Assembly: GCA_004431415.1 (NCBI GenBank)
Contig: QPMI01000652.1
Span: forward strand, 1 to 64,000
Source: Cyanophora paradoxa CCMP329
Taxonomy: Eukaryota; Plantae; Glaucophyta
Direction of reading: 5' to 3'
Length of the DNA: 64,000 bases
The notes under the pieces: generated by a model
What the model saw: the letters and a program-made list of their open reading frames with translations, nothing else
Database searches by the model: none
What the model was told of the DNA's origin: nothing
Shown here: piece after piece, positions 54,403 to 64,000 of the stretch
How positions within the stretch are numbered: position 1 is the first letter of the stretch
Layout: each line of letters begins with the position of its first letter
Program-made: the position numbers and the translations under genes

Positions 54403-57400
54403 TTAAAGCGTACATGCGATCGCACCGGTGAGGAGCCAAAACGTCCGGCGGGCTCGATCTTGATTGCCGAGGCACAGGAACGCAGCAGGAATGTCTTCCT
54501 GACCGTTGAACATGATCGCCCTGGCCGCCTGAAGGCGCACGAGCCGACGATTTTGCTGAGCAGCCGTTTGGATCGCGCTCGCGAGATTTTCCTCCGTGGC
54601 GCTGCAGCTGAAATCCGGGCCCGGGCCCAGCGCGACGAGCAGCATTGCTGTGTGCTTCTGTTTGCTGTCTCCGTCGATACGTTTGCCGAGCTGGAGTAGA
54701 TTCTTCAACTCGGCCTTCTGGAGAGACGACTGGTCGGACAACTGCGCCACGTGCGCTTGCCACGTGTACGTGCTCGACATGCTGATTTCGGTCTCCTCAT
54801 CGGATTCCGAACGCTGCTTCCTCGCCTTGGAATTCTTCTTTGCCGAGCTCTTGATCATGCAGTACGGGTAAAGAATGGCCTGCTTATCCCCCGGGTGCTG
54901 TGGACGCAAAAAGAAATGGTGTCCGGCATTAGAACATAGTCTCGAGCTTTCAAGAATAAATTAAAAGCTTGGATATTGTTACAGGTGTTTTGCGACCGCA
55001 TCCTATCGCAAATATTAATGTGGGCCACCGGTTTATGTCGGACCTTTGACAGCTCTTCGATGGTGTGGAGGTCGGATGCAGCTGCGACGACGCTTGCAGC
55101 AGCTTGTGCACCGGTGCTAGCGCTGTCGCTCGGAGCGGGGCTGGCATCGTTGCACTTTGCGGCGCCCGGATCCGAAGAGACGTCTCCCTGCGAGTCCGTT
55201 GCAATTGCAGAGCCGAGTCGCCAGCGCGCGAGCGCACCGTTCCGGCGGCGCCCGTCTGCCCGCTCGAGCTCGATTCGGATCTACTCGATGGCGCCCCCAC
55301 GCCGGCGTTGGCCTGCTGCACACGCTGCAGGGGCTGGTAAAAGGCGTTGGCGTTGAACTCTTGCCGGAGCTTCAGGTCGGCCTTGATTCGCTCTTGGCCC
55401 TTGCGCATCAGGTCCAGTCTCGGCTTCTGCACCTGGGTCTCGGCAGGCCTAGGTGCACCGTCAGGATGACTCGAGCTTGCAATGGGGATCGAGTCCAATG
55501 CGATTTCCAGCTCTCGAATCCGTTCCTTGAGATTTGTAATTGCGTCGCCGTGATCGCGATGCAGGAAGCGGATGAAGCTCTCGATCAGCAGCGATGCCCC
55601 GCCATCTGATTGCGATTGCAATAGGCGTGAAAAACGTTTGTGCAGCGTCTAGCCTATAGCTAGTAGTGCCGCTTACCGAGGAAGACGACTGCATAATCAT
55701 TGACACGTGATTTGTGACCGACAAATGCACGCAGCTCTTCGGCGATCTTCATCTCCAGAACGTTGGTGCCCCTCCACTCATGTGCGCTCTGTAAACTGTT
55801 GGGTCCGATGAACAGGGGAGGACAGGATTTGGTGGAAACGCCGTCTCCCTTGCAGCCGAGCGCGGTCTCGATCGCGACTCCAAGGCCGGCGCTAGCGTTC
55901 ATAATCGAGTCTTTGATCTGCTCACAGGTATGAGGAGCGAAATGGAGAGATCGGCTACTGCACGGATTGCTGAGATCACAATGACGAACCCGTGACGACA
56001 ATCTGAATCCAGAACCCTGCTGCGAATGGATGCCGAGCTTGCCAATCCAAGCTTTGTCCTGTTAAAGGAAATCAAACGAGAAGGGTGTGCGGCTACCGAT
56101 ACACATAGCTATCTAGAATTATACGCAACAATGCTACTCTTGATCGAGAATGATCGCTGCCTGGTCGAACTAAAGAAGTGTACACAGCCTGGCAGCGAGC
56201 TATTGCGCTTTATGGTCGCGCGTGATGAGCAAAACGTACCAGCACAACCGCTTGCGACCCACTGTGGTCGGTAAAAGGAAGAAGCAGCGCCCGGGCAAAG
56301 CTATTGCCTGTAATCAGGTCGCGAATGTTTCTTGCGAGAAAGTTCGTGAGGCTCTCCGGACCCTCCACTGTCTCTACCAGAAACAGTTCTACGCTGAGCG
56401 TAGAAAACGGGTCCGACGTCAATTGGCCATCAACAGTCTTTGTGGGCTTGAAATGGAAGAGTTTGAATCCTCCAAACGGCGAATTCAAAGAATCCTGCGC
56501 ATGCATCGGTCGACACGAATTCGAACTCGAACGGTTTCAGCGCACGCGCCGCGCATCGGATGAACTAAACATTATCTGCACTCTCCGTATCTGCTATAAC
56601 TCACCGGGCGCTTCTTCGGGTCGATCGGATTTCGCTTGACCTCCAGGTTGAAGGAGTGGGGCGCAAGCAGACCTCGACTCTCGCGGTTTTTCGGACGTTT
56701 CGCGGCTGCGAAACAAGGATTGCACTTTGTCAGAGAAAAAAAGGTACACTCGTAATTATCGTAAATTATACACGTTATATATATATATACGTAATAAGAG
56801 GGTATATATCGCGCAGTGATGATCTAGTATTCGTGAAGCGCTGGGGTCCCATAAAAACACTACGCCTCGACGCTGCACAGCGGCAGTCCCGGAGTCCGAA
56901 TACTTTTGAGCACGTTTATCGCTGCATGCGCATTCTGAATCTCAAGGTCAAGCTGGTAGCAGAGTCGTTTGCGGTCTGCAGCGCTAGCGGAGGGGGCCGG
57001 TGCTCTTGCACATTATAATTACAAGATGCCAAAGATGCACGCACTGCTTTCAGTGCCATCCGGACTCGAAGTCGATGTAAAGATCTTCACTTCAACAGGT
57101 GTTTCTGATTGATTCAGTGCGTTTGGCAGCTGAACGTGAAGCGCTCGTGCGAGAATGTTGAAGTCGATTTGCGCCTGAGAGATCTTGCGAAACAGCCTTG
57201 CATGCTCGTCTGGTAGTTCTGACACGGAAAAATGCAGGATGATGCTACCAACATCGCAGCCGATGAGGCGGACTCGATTCTTGGTGATCATGGAGTGGAG
57301 ATTGTCGAGGTTAACGTTGGAATCCGCTGGCGCTTGCGCACCAAGCACAATCTCAATCCAGCCCCACAAAGCCTCTTCGAGCTGCATGTGCTTCAAAATT

Positions 57401-60400
57401 AGTGTGTCCGATGTACCAATTCAGGTGAATCGAAAAGAGAATCTAGATCTAGCACGCATACGTGGTTGAACATATACACATATATGCATATGCGCATGCA
57501 TATCTGCTTGTTCAAATAAATATCGAAACGCGCATGCGCAGTCTTACCAGATTGTGCAGATGAAGTGATTCGCGGGATCCAGAAACTATGGACTCACAGT
57601 GCTCGGTTTTGAAATCTGTGCAAGTCTCCAGGCAAAACCAGGCGCAGTTGTCACCGACGATCTCCACATCGGCGTCTGGGCCCTTGTGGGGAGCCTCCAG
57701 CTCCGAATCCCCCGGATCTGTGACTTCGACATGGAACGAGGGCTATGCGCCGACAGCGACGTATACAGAGATCTAGAGTGGCGGGTGCCCGAATTAGAAC
57801 GCAGGGCTTGTACATGCTTATATACGTATACGTATACGGTCGAATCGATGGGGTTGGGGCACAAACTTCAACATTGCTTTCGGCTCCGGAGGCCTATAGC
57901 TAGGTCCGGGGGCGGTCTTTGATTTAATTTGTGCGAGTATTGCACCTTCACGTTTGGCCTCGCGGTCAGTTGCGAGCTTTGCACGCCCCAAGTAAGAGAT
58001 TTGTGAGCACGGCAACGCGAGGTCCCAGACAACAATCTGTGCGGTGATGTGGGATTCCATCAACTTTGACAGCGATGCATGCGCTCAAGGCAACGGTAAA
58101 ACCGAATCAAATTAAATGCCTTTGCTTCGTTTGATTCGCAAAGGAGAGCGGAATTGACTGTGTTCGTGGCATCACGATCGGATCCCGAACGGGGCGCTTG
58201 CTGCATTGACGGCGGCGGAAAGAGGCCTCCATCAACTGAGCGCGCGAGACTGCGTTCGCATTCCTCGGAGGCATCGGCGATAGCCTGGAAGAGAGCGTTG
58301 TGGCACGAAAGGTCGATGTCGTAATCGGGGTGGATCCAGAAGACAACGGAGCTCGGGTCCGGATCCGTCTCAACAGGGTGGTGCGAATCACTTCCGGAGG
58401 ATGAGATTGTCTGTGGAACACGGACGTCGGCGCCCTGTACGCAGAGACTCAGACGCCGCGGGAGAAGAGATCTAGTTCTAGAGGCTACAGGTAGCGCCGG
58501 TCTCAAGGTAGGCGTACGGCTTCTGAGGGGCCGCGGTGGGATCCGGAGGGGGGGTGCACGCGCACGCTCAACATCGCTGCAGAATGTGCATCCAGATCTG
58601 TGCCGCCGGAAGCGTGCGTGACCGCAGGAGAAGCCTGGCTCACGCCCGCGTCCTGCATGCGTACGCCAGCAAAGGCGCTCGCCGGCGCACTGGCGAGACC
58701 GCCGAGGCGCGGGCCGTCGGCGTCCGAGCCTGCCGAGGCGGTGGCCCCCGCGTCTGACCGCGGCACCATGGCCAGGGGATCGATATCGGTTGATGGAGAC
58801 CCGACAGGGTCGTCAAAGCCATGAAGGCGCCCATGGCCAACAACGGCTCCCGCGGTTGACGACAGAGGCGCCGGCGCTGGTGACGCCGCAAACGGAGAGC
58901 CTGCACAAAAGTTTTTTAACTATTGTTCGCGATGAAATTCAAGGTAGGAGGGGATGCAATGATGGCTATTCAGCGGAGACGTGGAGCTTAGCGCACCCTT
59001 TGAGGTAGCCTTTGCAGTTTTCGCCTTGGAGGGCATCAGAGAAGCAAGCGAAAAGGCGGAGAGGTCGCGGTCGTTGCCGTCTGGAGCGACGAAACTGCCG
59101 AGGGTAGGGCCCTCTTCATCCGGATTCTTGATGCGGAGATCGTGCTTAGCGCCCATCGATTCCTCCACCTCCGCCCATGAAGGACCGAGAGCGGCTTTCA
59201 AGGGTGCGAGGACCTGGGCACGTGCGCAGAAGACGTCCTGGAACCCAACCATGTGCTCTGGAGATACGGACAGCATCCTCTCCATCAGGCTCTGATTCTT
59301 CTTGTCATTCTTGCCCGATGGACCTAGAGCGCACAGTGAGCGAAAGTCGATCGCGGGCGCCATCCATTTTCGAAGTCTACTGCCGGCGCTAATCCGACTG
59401 GTAAATTTCGTAAACTAGTGGGCAGCCGTAATGAAGATACGCGGGGCAGCATTGACATCAATAGCGTCGGTCGGCGTGCATACCTGGATGCTTCCCCGCA
59501 TCCCCGCTTGCAATCTTGACGAGGCGGAGATCGACGGGCCCGGGCGAATCGCGTTCCTCCCCGCCGATCGTGCTCGCACCTTGCACTTGTTTGCGAGCCG
59601 CGGAAGCTCTCTCGGCCTCTGACAACGAAAAGAGAAATCCCAGCGCCATGCCAAGCTCTCGGGGAATCTCTCCGCTGACTGCGCACGCGACAGCCGCTTC
59701 GGCATCCTCGGCGGTGAGCCTGTAATCGCGATTGCCGGTGCGGGCGAGCTCGAGCTTGGCCTGTAGTGCCTGTTCCAGCACGCGCCTGTTGTGGCTGATG
59801 ATATCTACAATGCTAGCGCTGGACGTCTGTGGAATTGCGATAATAGAAGTGGGCGCCTTGAGGTTGTCCAGGTCTTTTGTGGCGGGGGGGCCGGGCGAGG
59901 CCAGCTGCGAGCTCGAGACCGATGCCCGAGGCAGTTGCGGCTGCTTGCCATCGCCATGAGAGGCTTCAGCTGCTGTCTCGCTTCCTGCCTGCTCGGGCGA
60001 AACGAGGAGATCGTCCAGAGAAATCCCCTCCGGAAAGTGAACCTCTTCGAGAGGGATGTGGCTGCTGCAGAACCAGCAAAACAGGCGGACACCCTCCAGA
60101 TCGGGCGTCCGAACCTGCTCGCGCACGAAATCGCCTACGTGAGCTGATATTTATTATATTTAAAGCACTTGCCGATCAGGCGTTCGCACGACACGCACGC
60201 GTGCACGCACCACGAACTTGGTCATGTTGGCATGCAGTGCATGACGATAGCAGTTCATGCATGCGACGTGGTGGTTGACTTCGGAGGTAGAATCGTGCAT
60301 GATGATGTAATCTTGCGATGCCTTGCCGATCATGTCCTTTGCAGCGTCCTCGCCTGGGGCGCAAACGCAAAAGTCGATCTTCTTCGGATCGATCGAGGAA

Positions 60401-63400
60401 AGCACTCTCTTTCGAAGGCGTGCCGAGGCTATGTCCCGCAGGGCCGCATCGTCGGGATTCCACGTGCGGAGGGGGAGGAGAGCGAGAGTTTCGATGTCTA
60501 GCTCGCGCGTCATCGGAGACCGATTCTCACGACAAACCTCGACAGCTCCACCAGCACCTGCACGTGATGTGCGAAATATCAAATAGCGATCTTGGAGTAA
60601 ATCATGATCATACCGAAACAGTATATATATTGAATAATGAAACTTGAATTTCGGGGAACGATGGGGGGCGGATTGCGAATTGCGGGAGCTGAACCATAAT
60701 TAAATATATAAACACTTCTAAATCTATAACCACGTGCACGTGGCATAGCCGAAGATCTAGAGAGCCCGTGGGTCTAGGGTGAGGTAAGCGATGTGCGAGC
60801 TGAGGCATACCGAGATGTTTGTCAAAGAGTGTCTTAAATGTCTCGTCCTTGTTGGCACAAATCATCGCCTCCAGCAGACCACGGGATTGGCCCGCGCCGT
60901 GGTAACAATCAGCCAGAACACAGGTTTCGGGATTGCACAGCCAGCCTGAATGGGAACAACACGTGTACATGGGCGCCTCTGAGGTTGACATCTGCGGCTG
61001 CAGAAAGCCGGACAGAGGAATAGAACTCAAAGGTCAGAAAACTGGAGCTCGCAATCGATGGCGCGCGTGGGATAGGAAGGCTAGGGCACCGGTACCGGAG
61101 GAAGGATGGGGCCGACAATTGACAAGTGTGCGACAGAGGCAACGAATTGCGTGACGAGGGGATGGGTGAGGAGCTCGTAATCGTTGGCGTAAACGGTGGC
61201 ACCCGAAGACAATAGTAGTGCGATTAGAGAGAGGAGGCACGGTGCGCATGCATATGTGCAGCCCTTGACTTCTTCACCGAAATTCTCGAATTCATCGCCG
61301 TGAGAAGCACAAGGGGATTTGAACCCTTTCAGCTCCTCGAACTCAACATCGAACTGGAGCCTTGCCAGAAGAGCTTCTGCCGCCATGGTAAGCAACCGCT
61401 TCGGCGTTTGATATGCTGACAGGAGAATTCGATTCTCGCTTCTCGGGATGAGAAACTTGAGCGTGTCCAGCGGTAGTGCCACCTCTTCGTCGATGAGACG
61501 CTGTCCGCATGTGTTAGAGCACGATGATTGAGCCGGAAAAAAGGGAGACGTCTTGGAGATCTAAAAGCTACACGTCGGAGTGAACAAGATATTCGTTGAC
61601 TAAACGTGCGACCAGAGACGAACCTTCACGTCACCATGCATACAAATAACCGACAAGAGGTGAGCCGTTTCCGCCGGCCGCAAAACGTGCCTTCCATCTG
61701 GAGAAAGCCGCCCGCCGGGGCTGGCCGCCAAGAGCATCGAGCAGTGCATCATTCGAAAAAGAAAAAGCCTGGGTCCGTAGAAAGGGTCGGGCAGATGCCT
61801 TGCACTGTCACCTGCGAGATGCCGATGATTACTAAGTATAAACGTATTTCATTTGAATGCCCGCTTGCGGAGACCGAGATTAGCACAAGCTACACACATT
61901 CACCAAGAGTCTTGCCAGTTGCAAGGGCATCTCGAGCTCGAGGGGCGCCGGTTGAAATTCGCTTATTACAAGAAATTACTGAGGCGCGAAAGTGAAGTCG
62001 ATGTGCTCCCGGAATTCCGTCGCCGGCCCAAAAGAGTACTCTAGTCGCGGTCTCGATTCCATGCTGCAGAAGCATGGTACCCCCGTCAAGCTCCGTTCGA
62101 ACGATGAGCCTTCTACAGAGGGTGTCGAGAAGGGTTGCGAAATCGGCGGTTGGTAGACTCGTGGCTGCAAGTACGACAAGCCACTCCGTGGCACAAGGAT
62201 CGTGAAACTCGTCAAGCTCTGCGGCGCCAATGCAATCGAGAATGCGGAGAAGAGGCCAGTTCTTTTCTAGCATTAGTGAAAGGAATATCCCGTCGACTGG
62301 GAATCCATTCCGAAGAGCAAGGAAAATGATCTCATCCAGCCGTTTCAAGATCTGTCGGGTTTGCAGAAGTCCAGGAGTTGGTACCACATCGGATTCACAA
62401 TCAGAGTAGGTCTCGAAAACTTATACATATTCACTTTCATCTTGAAAAACATTCCGATATTCCTATGTGTGCATTTATGAAAACGATTCGAAAGCTTGCG
62501 CTTGGCGTTTCAATGACTTTAAAGCTTATGATCAATCGAGTTACGATGTTCGCGCATGCCGACTCGCAATTATTTTATGATTTCCAACTGATCGTGAGAC
62601 ACATGTACGCACATCGTCGGCGCTCAGAGACCAGTCGTGCTTCTTCTCACTGGCAAGGCGTGTGCCTGCAAGTCCGTCCGACTGCAACATCGAGTTCTGT
62701 AAAAGATGGAAATTGAAGTTATTTCACACTAACAAAGATTTCAAGGGATTCGACTGCGATTGAGATACCTTGACATCGATCCCGGAGTCGACGTCAGAAT
62801 CAATGGTTGCGTGCGTTTGCGTACGTGCGCGCAGAAGCGCGGTGATTCCGTCGTCTCCATCTTCGAGTAAGCTCTCAATCTGCGGTCGATTCGAGTCAAG
62901 CGTCAAGCGTATCGCAAAGGCAAGAGAGAACATCTAAATTGGGGGTCGCGTCCACTTATTTAGCTTGCAAAAACTATGTTCGTGTACGCGTTTACACATT
63001 CCTCGACATAAATGTAGCGAAAACAAAAATGCATGTGCGCACCGCCTCGCGGGCGAGGGAGAACAGGTCCTCCATAGGAACGGGATCATCCCAAACCGAG
63101 GCTTCCTGCAGCTGCTCATCCTCTTGATCTGAGCCACATTCGACGGATTCAGGTCCGGAGTCACGGTCGCCCACGTGCACCACATGTACAGGCGCTGTTT
63201 TCTCCGATTCGTGTTCAGATGTCGACTTTCGATGGTGCAGCGGAATTCTAAGGCATCTATCTTCTGGAACGTTGCGCATCGTTTGTGTGGGGTCACGATT
63301 GGTAGGACCAGGCCCGACAAGCGCTTGAGAGGAGAAATGGGGGGGCGGAACTTGAACAGGTTGTAGTGAGGTTTTGTCATGCAACGTTTCCCGTAGGAAG

Positions 63401-63648
63401 GAATATGCCCGACCGAGAACTTCGAGAACCTGGATGCATCCAGCCGCATCGTCAAGCAACTCACGCTGCGTCAAAGCGTTTCGCTGGGCCAGCGGCGTGC
63501 ACGTGGGAGAGGGGCTCATTTTGGAAAAGAGCCACTTCAGCACATCAGGGTGCTGACACAAAACAATGCCGAGCTTCACGGGGTGATGCACGCCAACCTC
63601 CCAGCCGCCTACTGTTTTAATCCAGCGCACTGCGGAAGTCCTTGTCAC
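54403..63648 (-). CDS. Series of minus-strand exons of one or more uncharacterised genes; possible RING-like Cys cluster at 60060-60380
   Basis: Protein-like minus ORFs (54403-54909, 54950-55621, 57019-57396, 58920-59363, 59458-60126, 60160-60582, 61890-62387, 62992-63648); CVC...HVACMNC...FCWFC. Confidence 0.3.
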
Positions 63649-64000
63649 GACTTTAATTTGATCGAGACTCGAGACTAGTTGATCGCGAACGTTGATGCAT
63701 TTTACGTATGCATGCTTAATTGATCTAGATCAATCTTGAATTAGTTTGCATCTATACGTATACCGTACATGCATGAACTTTGATCTACAAAAGATCTACA
63801 GGATGCCGCGCACCCTTGAACAACTCCCGTCGATCATTCATCCAATTCGGCCCGATGGGATCTCCTTCGTGCACGTGCTCATGGACTTCCCGCAAGAAAG
63901 TCAAGCTCATGCAGTCAGCAATGTTCGAGACGTCGTCTAAAGCGTAGAAGCGATCAATCTTGTGATCTGCCAGAGGCACAACTTGTACATTAGAATGGGA

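Overview
GC-rich eukaryotic DNA with short GT-AG and GC-AG introns. Several 1-nt frameshifts in G/C runs look like assembly errors. The window has three parts. (1) 1-~1.45 kb: the 3' end of a host EDEM3-like gene (GH47 mannosidase C-terminus plus PA domain). (2) ~2.5-44 kb: a ~40 kb virus/plasmid-like element with no capsid gene I can recognise. Its first gene is intron-containing and appears to fuse a Ulp1-type cysteine protease, a tyrosine recombinase and a C2H2 finger. It is followed by an SLX1-like GIY-YIG nuclease, two F-box paralogues, a RING protein, a ~1830-aa AEP primase/Zn/UL9(OBP)-type SF2 helicase fusion, a Skp1/BTB-like protein, a TFIIB apparently split into Zn-ribbon and cyclin ORFs, and small intronless ORFans. 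Almost every intronless gene from 11.8 to 40.7 kb has the same promoter (GGGAWTCCC plus a TATA-like box). A 34-bp core (GCCTGGTCGATTCCGGCTACGGCGYSTGTACCCC) forms head-to-head iteron-like arrays at five loci about 8 kb apart, mirror-oriented around the primase-helicase gene. (3) ~45-64 kb: mostly lower-GC, intron-rich genes, including a AAA+ ATPase. Domain calls come from motifs recognised by eye; no database search was run and element ends are not resolved.
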